Positions 1 to 8,576 of a DNA stretch of 34,126 nt are shown here, one piece after another. The stretch comes from a virus. Lineage: Duplodnaviria > Caudoviricetes. The stretch covers positions 1-34,126 of the IMG/VR virus record IMGVR_UViG_3300033067_000816; one strand, given 5' to 3'. Both the position numbers and the translations under genes were made by a program. Each line of letters opens with the position of its first letter. Position 1 is the first letter of the stretch. A model generated the notes under the pieces. That model was given only the letters and a program-made list of their open reading frames with translations, was not told the DNA's origin and made no database searches.

Positions 1-37
1 GGCCCCGGAGTACCTGAAAGATGACGATGAGGCATAA
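1..37 (+). CDS. 3' end of a truncated cassette ORF (...APEYLKDDDEA*)
   Basis: Open frame from position 2 ends at TAA 35-37 inside the GCATAAC box, as in other cassette ORFs. Confidence 0.55.
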   Translation, partial: APEYLKDDDEA

Positions 38-100
38 CGTAGAGCTAACCGGCTCCGGGCAGGTTCATCGCCCGGAGTCCGGTTGAGCGCCATGTTATGC
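32..100 (-). mobile_element. attC: attC recombination site (bottom strand = +)
   Basis: GCATAAC-GTAGA-GCTAACCGG-CTCCGGGC..GCCCGGAG-T-CCGGTT(G)AGC-GCCAT-GTTATGC: R and L boxes, hairpin, extrahelical T and G. Confidence 0.9.
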
Positions 101-116
101 GTGGAGGATGCAAAGA

Positions 117-431
117 ATGATGACGATGCCAAAGTGCCACGACTGCGGGAGGTTCTGCCGTCCGGTTGCGTGGAAAATGATCTATTCCGGAGCGCTTCCC
201 GAGCCGCAAGAGGAGATTTACAGATGCGCGCCATGTGTGGAGAAGCACGGATTGTTCGAGCCGCAGCACGGCATAAAGCCAGAGTATTCATGCGGAAAGT
301 TTCCCGCCGTCCCGCCAGCGCCGACTTTTGCAGACGGTATGACGAAAGAGGACGACAGGCGGTTTCTGGAACTGACCAACGACCTGACGCATAACGCAGA
401 AATAACCGGCCGCGCCAGCGGTCCGGGTTGA
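117..431 (+). CDS. Cassette F (38-394) ORF, putative Zn-binding protein; C-terminus runs into the next attC
   Basis: GGAGG at 103-107, ATG 117; CHDC...CAPC motifs. Confidence 0.65.
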   Translation: MMTMPKCHDCGRFCRPVAWKMIYSGALPEPQEEIYRCAPCVEKHGLFEPQHGIKPEYSCGKFPAVPPAPTFADGMTKEDDRRFLELTNDLTHNAEITGRASGPG

Positions 432-445
432 TTGACGGGTTAGCC
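389..445 (-). mobile_element. attC: attC recombination site
   Basis: GCATAAC-GCAGA-AATAACCGGCCGC..GCGG(T)CCGG(G)TT(G)ATT-GACGG-GTTAGCC. Confidence 0.88.
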
Positions 446-475
446 CGTACCTTAACCACGAAGAAAGGAAACACC

Positions 476-715
476 ATGAGCAACGACCCTTGGATTTACC
501 GCAGCGACAACATGAAGTGCAAGACGTGCATGTGGTTTGTGCCGAAGGTGGCAGCAACGCACCCGCTGCACGACAACAAACACAACGATACGAACACTTA
601 CGATCTTGGTCGTTGTCGTCGCCATGCGCCTTCGATGGGCGGCTATCCGGTAGTGATGGTCAATGATTGGTGCGGCGACCATCGGCTTGACGAGAACAAG
701 TTCCGTGCGGGCTAA
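476..715 (+). CDS. Cassette G (395-715) ORF, small Cys-rich phage-type protein
   Basis: AAGGA RBS, ATG 476; CKTC...GRCRRHAP...DWCGDH; TAA stop inside GGCTAAC box. Confidence 0.8.
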   Translation: MSNDPWIYRSDNMKCKTCMWFVPKVAATHPLHDNKHNDTNTYDLGRCRRHAPSMGGYPVVMVNDWCGDHRLDENKFRAG

Positions 716-732
716 CACTAATTATCCGGACC
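710..732 (-). mobile_element. Putative attI-like simple recombination site closing the array
   Basis: Minus strand reads GGTCCGGATAATTAGTG|TTAGCC: an R box plus an inverted half-site, with no hairpin. Confidence 0.5.
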
Positions 733-746
733 GTGCAAGGTAGGCC

Positions 747-1064
747 ATGAGCTACAGACTCACCAAGAAGGCCGCAGCGCAGCGCCAACGGCTGATCGCA
801 ATGAGGGCAGGACGCGAGCGCACCAGGCTTGCAGCGCCAGCGCCGGATTACCCGGTTCAGCTTCCGGAATTGCGCCGGCAGATCATCATTCGAGATTTCG
901 ACTTCGGCGAGAAGATCCACACGCTAGACCTGTACCGCACGAACCGCGTCGACTGCTACCGAGTAGTCGCGGATGGCATCGAGTGGAAACGCCGGATCGG
1001 ATGGTCGAACATCTTGGCTGGCCTGAGGAAATCAATGCCGCGCGTCGGCTCTTTTGGAGGGTAA
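747..1064 (+). CDS. Hypothetical phage protein
   Basis: 105-aa ORF with RBS-like AAGGTAGG, in operon orientation. Confidence 0.7.
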   Translation: MSYRLTKKAAAQRQRLIAMRAGRERTRLAAPAPDYPVQLPELRRQIIIRDFDFGEKIHTLDLYRTNRVDCYRVVADGIEWKRRIGWSNILAGLRKSMPRVGSFGG

Positions 1065-1068
1065 GGCG

Positions 1069-1224
1069 ATGGTCACAAACGCACAGATGAACGCCTGGAA
1101 CAAGGCCGCGCACATGGCGGCAATGCGCAAGCTGCGGAACGCCCGCGCTGAGGCTGTAGCGGCGATCCTGGGCAAGAGAAAATCGGCGGACAAGCCATTG
1201 ACAGCGCCGACGAAGCTCGGATAA
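1069..1224 (+). CDS. Small basic hypothetical protein (51 aa)
   Basis: Manual translation MVTNAQMNAWNKAAH...TKLG*, GGAGG upstream. Confidence 0.55.
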   Translation: MVTNAQMNAWNKAAHMAAMRKLRNARAEAVAAILGKRKSADKPLTAPTKLG

Positions 1225-1225
1225 T
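1198..1225 (+). promoter_or_regulatory. Sigma70-type promoter upstream of replication gene
   Basis: TTGACA-16 bp-GATAAT. Confidence 0.55.
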
Positions 1226-1386
1226 CAAGATTCCGGGCTTGTAATCCGGAGACACCAAAAAGGGAATCATGTGCTTACAGTTCATTTTGATCGAGGGAGT
1301 CGGCAATCGCCGAAGCGTTCCCCCTTTCCCGCTGGCGTCTGCCTGTCGGATTTACTACCCGGCCCCTCGTTCAAAGTGAATTGACA

Positions 1387-2295
1387 ATGAATTTCTACAA
1401 ACACCATCTTGGAGACTACGCGCAGGCAACGGCTCATCTGACGTTTGTAGAAGACGCCGCCTACAGTAGATTGATCCGGAAATACTACGCCGAGGAAAAG
1501 CCACTACCTCTCGAAATCAAGGCAATCCACAGACTTGTCGGCGCTCGAACGAAGGAGGAAAAACAGGCCGTCGAGGACGTTTTGGAAGAATTTTTTTTAA
1601 AAACTTCTGACGGATGGCGAAATAAGCGATGCGATGAAGAAATTGAACGCGCAAACGCACAAGCCGAGACAAATAGGCTTATAGCTCAAGCACGTGAAGC
1701 GCGAAGGAAAGCACGAACCGAGAACGAGGCAAGCACGAATCGTGATGAAAAAGAGAACGAATCGTCTAACGAATCGTCGGCTAGTCGTGAACCTAGCCAG
1801 ACTCCAGACTCCAGACTCCAGACTAAACCTACAGAATCAAAAGCACTGTTCGGCAACATCGAAACCCAGCCTCAAGCACCCGACCCCAAACCCGAACAAT
1901 CGCAAGCCCGCAAAAAGCTCTCCGAAGCCTGCATCGAAGTCCTAAACTTCCTCAACGAGAAAACCGGGCGAAATTATCAACCCGTGAAAGCAAACATCAA
2001 CCTAATCGCGTCAAGGATCAAGGAGGGCGCGACCGTGATCCAATGCAGACAGGTGATCGCCAAAAAATGCCGCGAGTGGAGAGACGATCCAAACCGGGAA
2101 ATCTACCTGCGACCGAAAACGCTTTTCAACGCGACGAACTTTGCGCAGTACCAGGGGGAGCTTTTGCAGAACATGACATCGGAAAATCAAGCCACAACCG
2201 CATGTATCTGCTGCGGCAAGCCTTGGACAAAACGAATCGGCGGAAGCCCGTATTGCCAAGATCATGATCAGCATTCGCAACGGGTGCCGGCATGA
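1387..2295 (+). CDS. Phage replication initiation protein (YdaU/DUF1376-like N-terminus, conserved phage C-terminal domain)
   Basis: MNFYKHHLGDY...AAYSRLI..YY..EKPLP...WRNKRCDEEI; C-terminal LNEKTGRNY...YLRPKTLFN. Confidence 0.85.
   Translation: MNFYKHHLGDYAQATAHLTFVEDAAYSRLIRKYYAEEKPLPLEIKAIHRLVGARTKEEKQAVEDVLEEFFLKTSDGWRNKRCDEEIERANAQAETNRLIAQAREARRKARTENEASTNRDEKENESSNESSASREPSQTPDSRLQTKPTESKALFGNIETQPQAPDPKPEQSQARKKLSEACIEVLNFLNEKTGRNYQPVKANINLIASRIKEGATVIQCRQVIAKKCREWRDDPNREIYLRPKTLFNATNFAQYQGELLQNMTSENQATTACICCGKPWTKRIGGSPYCQDHDQHSQRVPA
1735..1824 (+). repeat. Iteron-like repeats, probable replication origin inside initiator gene
   Basis: ACGAATCGT at 1735, 1757 and 1769; (CCAGACT)x4 at 1797-1824. 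Confidence 0.6.
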
Positions 2296-2489
2296 TCTGG
2301 ACACGCCACGGCGAGATGGGAATGATTGCCGAACCCTACCGCGTAGGAAAGTTTTTCCTCGATGGCTGCACGCTCTATGGGCTTTGGTGCGGCGATGAAA
2401 AGCTCGGATACTTCGATTGCTTTGAGGACGCACAGACCGAGGCAGAGAGGCATGCGAAGAGCGAGGAAGAACAGCGAGGCCAGACATGA
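2292..2489 (+). CDS. Hypothetical protein
   Basis: ATGA overlaps with both neighbours. Confidence 0.7.
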   Translation: MIWTRHGEMGMIAEPYRVGKFFLDGCTLYGLWCGDEKLGYFDCFEDAQTEAERHAKSEEEQRGQT

Positions 2490-2968
2490 TCACCCGCGCG
2501 CGTTTTCCCCACACAATCCTCGCAATCGACCCCGGCACGGCGGTAAGCGGCTGGTGCATCCTCAAGCCCGACGACAGCATCATCGCTGGCGTGAGCGATA
2601 ACGAGCAGCTGCTCTACGGCCTGCCGGGTATGCCTGCCGACCTGCTGGCCGTCGAGGTGTTCGAGGCGCGCGGGATGCCCATCGGGAACGAGAGCATCGA
2701 GACGATCCTTTACACGGGCATGCTGATGCAAGCATGGCCCGGCACGCTGCGCCGCGTGAAGCGATCCGAGGTCAAGCGGCATCTGTGCGGCACGCTCAAG
2801 GCCAAGGATGCGAACGTGCGCCAGGCGATCATTGACCGCTACGGCGGGCAGGCTGCCATCGGGCGCAAGGCGACGCCCGGCCCGCTGTACGGGGTCACGT
2901 CGCACGCTTGGGCGGCGCTGGCGGTGGCGATCACGGCACGGGAAGTGGGGATTGACACTCCCGCTTGA
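2486..2968 (+). CDS. RuvC-like Holliday junction resolvase
   Basis: ILAIDPG, central acidic residue (AVE), SEVKRHLCG..KAKD motif. Confidence 0.8.
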   Translation: MITRARFPHTILAIDPGTAVSGWCILKPDDSIIAGVSDNEQLLYGLPGMPADLLAVEVFEARGMPIGNESIETILYTGMLMQAWPGTLRRVKRSEVKRHLCGTLKAKDANVRQAIIDRYGGQAAIGRKATPGPLYGVTSHAWAALAVAITAREVGIDTPA

Positions 2969-3009
2969 TTGCCCTACCCTTCCGCGAATTGCACACGGGA
3001 GGGATGGGT

Positions 3010-3444
3010 ATGTCGAGGCACAGCAAACGCAGCGCAGTACCGCAGATGCCGGGCGAACAGGTAGCCGACACACGAGGCGCAGGACTTGACTTGGACGCCG
3101 TCGGCGATACCGGTCCCCAGCCGGTACAGGCCGGCGTCGAGTACGAGGACGATCTCGGCGACGACCTGCCGCCGAACACCGAATCCGATGTCGACGAGGC
3201 CATCGCACTGGCGCAGTCCGGCCAGGCCAGGCCGATCATCAAGCCCCGCGCCCCGGCTCCAGTTGCCAGCTTCCACCGCCCCGACCCTGGCCGCCCGCCG
3301 AATGCCGCCGTGAATCAAGCCCCGTCGATGACCTACGCGGATGCGATGGCTGCTGTTGAAGCCGGGACTTTGCAGCGGTCGGTGCTCACCGAGCGCGGAT
3401 GGGTTGCGGTGCAGAAAGCCCCGCCGCCCGAGACGAAGCGATAG
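3010..3444 (+). CDS. Hypothetical low-complexity protein
   Basis: GGGAGGG RBS; first gene before the structural block. Confidence 0.65.
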   Translation: MSRHSKRSAVPQMPGEQVADTRGAGLDLDAVGDTGPQPVQAGVEYEDDLGDDLPPNTESDVDEAIALAQSGQARPIIKPRAPAPVASFHRPDPGRPPNAAVNQAPSMTYADAMAAVEAGTLQRSVLTERGWVAVQKAPPPETKR

Positions 3445-3455
3445 GAGCGCCGGCC

Positions 3456-3704
3456 ATGTGCGGAGATTTCCTCGATGGAATTTTTGGCGGCAGTACTCCC
3501 CCGCCCGTGGTGACGCCGGCTGTCGGCGTCGATACCGACAAGGCCGCGGCGGACGCATCGTCTGCCGGTATCCAGCAGCGATCAGCGCGCAAGCGTGCAA
3601 TGCGCGCTCAGTCCCTGCTTGCGACGGGGGCTGGTGGCGACGAATCAAACGTCGTGACCGGCCTTCCGGCGGCGACGGCGGCAAAGACCAAGCTCGGAGC
3701 CTGA
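3456..3704 (+). CDS. Small virion-associated protein preceding portal
   Basis: AGGAG RBS; MCG... start and SLL..G motif, typical of pre-portal genes of podoviruses. Confidence 0.7.
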   Translation: MCGDFLDGIFGGSTPPPVVTPAVGVDTDKAAADASSAGIQQRSARKRAMRAQSLLATGAGGDESNVVTGLPAATAAKTKLGA

Positions 3705-3708
3705 CCGC

Positions 3709-5292
3709 ATGAAAGTTGATGCCGCCGCGATCTGCCGCCGCCTGGAGCGGATGAAGTCCGCGCGGTCGGTCATCGAAACCGAAATCCGCGACTGCTATCG
3801 CTACACCGACCCGGTGCGCGGTACGGCGTTCGAGAACCTGGGAACGGTGCCTATCGACGGCGGAAGCGTGGCCATCAGCAACGCCGCAGACAAGCGCGCC
3901 GACCTGCTTACCGATGTCGGCACCGAGAGCGCGCGGATTCACGCGGCGGCTCTCATGTCGGGCATGGTACCGGCGAATTCGATGTGGTTCGGCCTGGACG
4001 TGCCCGATGCCGGCGACGCGGAAAAGCAGTGGCTCGAAGACGCGGCGAAGGCGGTATGGGAGAACATCCACGCCAGCAACTTCGATGCCGTGGCATTCGA
4101 TTGCATGTACGACATCACCATCGCCGGGCAGTTTGCGATGTTTGTCGAGGAGGCCGACGAGGGCGGCTACCGCTTCGAGCAGTGGGCGTTTGCCAACACG
4201 TATTTCTCATCCTCGCGCAACGGCGGGCCGGTCGATACCGTGATCAACGAGTACCCTCTGACCGCTGAGCAGGCCGTCATGGCCTACGGTGAGGACATGG
4301 TAAGCGAGCAGGTCCGCAAGGCTTACGCCGAGACGCCGGATCAGCAATTCGTTTTCATCCGCGCCATCTTCCCGCGCCACGAAGGCAGCGGCCGCATGGC
4401 CAAGAATATGCCCATTGCCTCGATGCACATCGAGCAGGGCACGAAGCACGTTTGCCGCGAGTCCGGCTATCACGAGATGCCGGTCGGCGTGCCGCGATGG
4501 AAGTTGCTTACCGGATCGCATTACGCGCTGGGTCCGGTCTATGACGCGCTACCCAGCCTCAAGACGTTGAACAAGGCCGTCGAGATGGTGCTGGCGAACA
4601 TGGACCTTGCCGTTGCCGGCATGTGGATCGCCGAGGACGACGGCGTTCTTAATCCGCGCAGCGTGCGCGTTGGGCCGCGTAAAATCATCATTGCCAACAG
4701 CGTCGACAGCATGAAGGCGCTGCAGCCGGCGGCAAAGTTCGATGCGGCATTCCTGCAAATTGACGCCCTCGAAAAGCAGATTCGCCGCGTGCTGATGGCC
4801 GACCAACTCACGCCGAAAGACGGCCCCGCGATCACCGCGACCGAGGCAACGATCAACGTCGAACTGATCCGGCAGCAGCTTGGCCCGATCTACGGCCGCA
4901 TGCAGTCCGAATTCCTGCAATGGCTGGTTATGCGCTGCTTCGGCATCGCGTACCGGGCCGGCGCGCTCGGCATGGCGCCGCCTGCCATCCGTCGCAGCAT
5001 GGTATCCGTGCGCTACGTGTCGCCGATTGCGCGCGCCCAGCGTGCCGTCGATGTTGCCGCGATGGACCGCTACGAGCTATCACTCGGCCAGGCCGCGACG
5101 GTGCGCCCCGAGGTGCTGGATAACTACGACTGGGACGAGGCCGAGCGCGAGCGGGCGGAACTGCTCGGCGTGCCGAAGAAACTGACCGTCGAAATAGAGA
5201 AACGCGACGAGATGCGCGCGCAGCGGCAGCAGGCCGCACAGCAGGCGCAGCAGCAGCAAATGCTTGCCGGTGCCGTAGGGGCAGCGGCATGA
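3709..5292 (+). CDS. Portal (head-to-tail connector) protein
   Basis: 527 aa; LMSGMVPANSMWF, ESGYHEMP..VPRW, TATE...LGPIYGRMQSEFL, YVSPIARAQ. Confidence 0.93.
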   Translation: MKVDAAAICRRLERMKSARSVIETEIRDCYRYTDPVRGTAFENLGTVPIDGGSVAISNAADKRADLLTDVGTESARIHAAALMSGMVPANSMWFGLDVPDAGDAEKQWLEDAAKAVWENIHASNFDAVAFDCMYDITIAGQFAMFVEEADEGGYRFEQWAFANTYFSSSRNGGPVDTVINEYPLTAEQAVMAYGEDMVSEQVRKAYAETPDQQFVFIRAIFPRHEGSGRMAKNMPIASMHIEQGTKHVCRESGYHEMPVGVPRWKLLTGSHYALGPVYDALPSLKTLNKAVEMVLANMDLAVAGMWIAEDDGVLNPRSVRVGPRKIIIANSVDSMKALQPAAKFDAAFLQIDALEKQIRRVLMADQLTPKDGPAITATEATINVELIRQQLGPIYGRMQSEFLQWLVMRCFGIAYRAGALGMAPPAIRRSMVSVRYVSPIARAQRAVDVAAMDRYELSLGQAATVRPEVLDNYDWDEAERERAELLGVPKKLTVEIEKRDEMRAQRQQAAQQAQQQQMLAGAVGAAA

Positions 5293-5501
5293 GCCAACAA
5301 TTCACGATGGTTGAACGGATGACATCGACCGGAATGTCCACCGCGCTCAAGCTGCACGAGATAAGGGAGATCGGCGGCGAGCAGTACGAGTGGAGCGATG
5401 TAGATTTTGGCGCCACGGGAATCGCCGACGACGAAGCGCGTCAACGGCTGCTTGTGGCGTCTCAAAACGCTTTTGAGCGCACAGAACGAGGTCTGGCATG
5501 A
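5289..5501 (+). CDS. Hypothetical protein
   Basis: ATGA-coupled to portal and to next gene. Confidence 0.65.
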   Translation: MSQQFTMVERMTSTGMSTALKLHEIREIGGEQYEWSDVDFGATGIADDEARQRLLVASQNAFERTERGLA

Positions 5502-5932
5502 ACGGCAAACTGACACAAGATGAGATTGCCCGGCTGCGCGTCATCACCCGCATCGAGATGCACGGCAGCGGATACGGCATGATTGAAGCCGGAGGCCGAA
5601 CGTTTCGAATCAGCTTCCGCGATCTGCTTGACGTTGTGCAGGCCGTCGAATCGGTCATGCTCAAGCTCACTGGCAAGGTGCTCAATCGCAAGTTTGTCCC
5701 GGCGCTGACCGACCGCAACGCCCTGGCGCTGGATATGCTGCAAGCCGGCGGGCCGGACATCTACGACGGCGCCCTCGGCGAGTCGCCGGAACCGGAGGCG
5801 CATTACATGCGTGTCGAGATCGGCGAAACCCGGTGGGATCAGTGGTTCACCCGCCTGGACGAACTCATCAAGTGCCTTTACAACATCGTCCGCGAGGCGC
5901 AGCAACAGGCCGCGCCGGTCGCAATTCACTGA
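5498..5932 (+). CDS. Hypothetical protein
   Basis: GAGG RBS, coupled ORF of 144 aa. Confidence 0.7.
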   Translation: MNGKLTQDEIARLRVITRIEMHGSGYGMIEAGGRTFRISFRDLLDVVQAVESVMLKLTGKVLNRKFVPALTDRNALALDMLQAGGPDIYDGALGESPEPEAHYMRVEIGETRWDQWFTRLDELIKCLYNIVREAQQQAAPVAIH

Positions 5933-5948
5933 TCGAAGGGAATCCATC

Positions 5949-6233
5949 ATGGCGCAAACCACCATCCTCGCATCTGCCCAGACCGCCGCGACTTCCAGCG
6001 ACATCACGCTGCTGCAAGGCGAAACGCGCACCGTCGGAATCTTCAGCAGCGCGGCGATTGCTGAGTACATCGCGTTCCCGATCATGATTGACACGCCGGG
6101 CGACGACCGGCAGATTGGCACGCTGACGAACCTGGTTCCCGCCGTTGTGATCAGCGGCCCCGGAACCTTCCGCGTAAAGCGCCCGGACATCTCGGCTGGC
6201 GCGGTCAATGCAGGCGTCTACACCGAGGGCTGA
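5949..6233 (+). CDS. Small beta-rich virion protein (possible base/adaptor for head fibre)
   Basis: RBS, MAQTTILASAQ...; directly upstream of fibre gene. Confidence 0.65.
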   Translation: MAQTTILASAQTAATSSDITLLQGETRTVGIFSSAAIAEYIAFPIMIDTPGDDRQIGTLTNLVPAVVISGPGTFRVKRPDISAGAVNAGVYTEG

Positions 6234-6236
6234 CCC

Positions 6237-8576
6237 GTGCTGCTGCGCCCCGTATTGATGCCGATTCTGCGCAACCCGTTGCAGGGTATCGCGGACGGAA
6301 TCCGCAACATGCTTGCGGAATTGCTCGGCAGTTCGCAGTTCTTCGCCCCGCTCACGCACTCCCTGGTCCTCGCCCGAGGCACCGGCTCCCCCACCTTCAC
6401 CCGCGCCACCACCAAGACCGTCGAGAACAACGATGGCTATTTGGTCACGCTCGCCTCTGGCGAAATTGGGTTTCCGGGGGCGCGGAGGGTGAGGAATCTC
6501 ATCTCCACCAGCAGCGAGGACATACCGAACTACGGCAACAACAACACCACGGTGTCCGCTTCATCGGAAGCAATAAGCGGCGTTGTATCCACCTATGACA
6601 TATATGAAACAGCAGCAACCGGGATTCACACGCGCAATCGGCTGTTCCCGGCGCTGGCGGGGCACAAGTATGTTTGCTCCGTGCGCGCTAAGGCAGGAAC
6701 GCTTCGCAGGGTGATGATCCGGGATGGTGCCGTCACTGGCGCAGCTTCCACTTTTGACCTAGTTGATGGTGTTGTCGTTGCCGATGAAGCCGGGGGCGTG
6801 GGCAGCATCGAAAGCACGGAAGATGCTGGCGTCTATTTGCTGTCGATGACATTCACCGCGCCGAGCGATGGCAACTACTCACCATATGTTTATCTGATGC
6901 GGGATGGCACGGCCGGGATTGGCAGCGCTTCATACGCCGGTGACATCACAAAATACCTGACGGTTGGTGGCGTGCAAGTCGAAGACGTCACCGTCCAAAC
7001 CGCGGGGGAGTATGTGAGCGTTGGTGTTCCATCGGATTGGGCTGGAGATGAGTTGGTCACGAATGGCGCGTTTGATAGCGCGACTACGGGGTGGACTGCG
7101 ATGTCTGCTTCTGTCCTTTCTGTTGTTGGGGGAAAGCTTAGGATTACGAATGGCGCTGTCGCTTTTGGAGGAGCGCAACAAGCAATTCAAACTGTCGTAG
7201 GTCAAAAGTATGTCGTCAGTAGAGAATTTGCGGCTGGGACAATAGCTACAGCCGTTTTGTATGTCGGATCGACTTCTGGCGCGGCAGACCTTTACGTTGA
7301 GGATGGAAACGCAATTACCCCCCGCATTGCAGAATTTACCGCTACTACAACGACGACATACATTCAAGTGTATGTCGGAGACACAGCAAACGGAGGGTAT
7401 GCCGACTTCGACAACATCAGCGTCAAGCCAGCCTACTACCACGGCTCATTCGTAGATGGCGTCAAGTGCTTCCCGACTGATCTGAGCGGGAATCCTATCC
7501 CTGCGGCTACGCTGATTGGCTATCAGGTGGAAGGGGCGCGGACGAATCTATGTTTGCAGAGTAATGCGTTTACTGCGACTTGGAGTGCGAGTGGGACACC
7601 TACTCCTACTCAGAACGTAGTTGGGCCGGATGGTGCTACATCTGCTTGGACTCTGACGGACAACAATGCTGCGAGTATTGAGGGGGTCGGCCAGACGATT
7701 GCGTTGACTGCTGCAACCTATACCTATAGCATTTTCGTAAAGAAAACCACAGGAGCGCAATCCTCGTATCCGGTGATTACCGCTGATAATGGTGCGTCAC
7801 GCATTGCCGCCTGCACAGTAGACACCACAAATGGAGTAGCAACGGTTTGGACGGCCTACACCAGCCTTACGGTACAGACTTCATCCGCCTCCTGTGTATT
7901 CCATGACGCAAACTACTGGCGTGTGTCGCTTACATTTTTGGCAACTGCTGAAAATTGGGTCCACTATCTGCTGGCTGCGGCAACGGCTAACGCTACGCAA
8001 TCTACAGGAACATTCGACGTAACCGCCCAAGGTTCCGCAGTCTTCTACGGCGCACAAGTCGAACTCGGCTCCTTCGCCAGCAGCTACATCGCCACCACCA
8101 CCGCTGCCGTGACACGGGCGGCTGATGCGGATGCCACGCCGACAGCAAGCAACATCCTCGCCGCAGCAAGCACCGTGTATCTCGAATTCACGCCTGATCA
8201 CACGCCGTCTGGAACCATCGCGCTGTGGGGAACCTACGTCGATGCAAGCAACTACACCGCAATCCTGCACGATGCCACCAACATGATCATGCGGAAGCGT
8301 ATCGCCGGGGTGAATTACGACGCCACGATAGCCAATGCTTTCAGCGCCAACACGACGTACAAGGTCTGCGGATCGTGGGGCGCGTCAGGGGCCACAGTTA
8401 CGGTCGACGGCACGGAAGGCACTCCACACGCCAATACCACCGCAGCGCAGATCGCCGCTACGATGCAATGGGGCGCTGATGGCAACTCGCTGCAACAGCC
8501 GTTTGCGACTGAGCGAAACGCGCGGGTATGGCAGAGGCAGTTGAGCACATCTGAGCGGGGCGCGATCACGGCATGA
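6237..8576 (+). CDS. Head-spike/fibre-like protein with carbohydrate-binding-type beta domains
   Basis: 779 aa, Thr/Ala/Gly rich; TFTRAT, ELVTNGAFD..TGW, EGARTNL, GAQVELGSFASSYIATT..AVTRAAD. Confidence 0.75.
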   Translation: MLLRPVLMPILRNPLQGIADGIRNMLAELLGSSQFFAPLTHSLVLARGTGSPTFTRATTKTVENNDGYLVTLASGEIGFPGARRVRNLISTSSEDIPNYGNNNTTVSASSEAISGVVSTYDIYETAATGIHTRNRLFPALAGHKYVCSVRAKAGTLRRVMIRDGAVTGAASTFDLVDGVVVADEAGGVGSIESTEDAGVYLLSMTFTAPSDGNYSPYVYLMRDGTAGIGSASYAGDITKYLTVGGVQVEDVTVQTAGEYVSVGVPSDWAGDELVTNGAFDSATTGWTAMSASVLSVVGGKLRITNGAVAFGGAQQAIQTVVGQKYVVSREFAAGTIATAVLYVGSTSGAADLYVEDGNAITPRIAEFTATTTTTYIQVYVGDTANGGYADFDNISVKPAYYHGSFVDGVKCFPTDLSGNPIPAATLIGYQVEGARTNLCLQSNAFTATWSASGTPTPTQNVVGPDGATSAWTLTDNNAASIEGVGQTIALTAATYTYSIFVKKTTGAQSSYPVITADNGASRIAACTVDTTNGVATVWTAYTSLTVQTSSASCVFHDANYWRVSLTFLATAENWVHYLLAAATANATQSTGTFDVTAQGSAVFYGAQVELGSFASSYIATTTAAVTRAADADATPTASNILAAASTVYLEFTPDHTPSGTIALWGTYVDASNYTAILHDATNMIMRKRIAGVNYDATIANAFSANTTYKVCGSWGASGATVTVDGTEGTPHANTTAAQIAATMQWGADGNSLQQPFATERNARVWQRQLSTSERGAITA

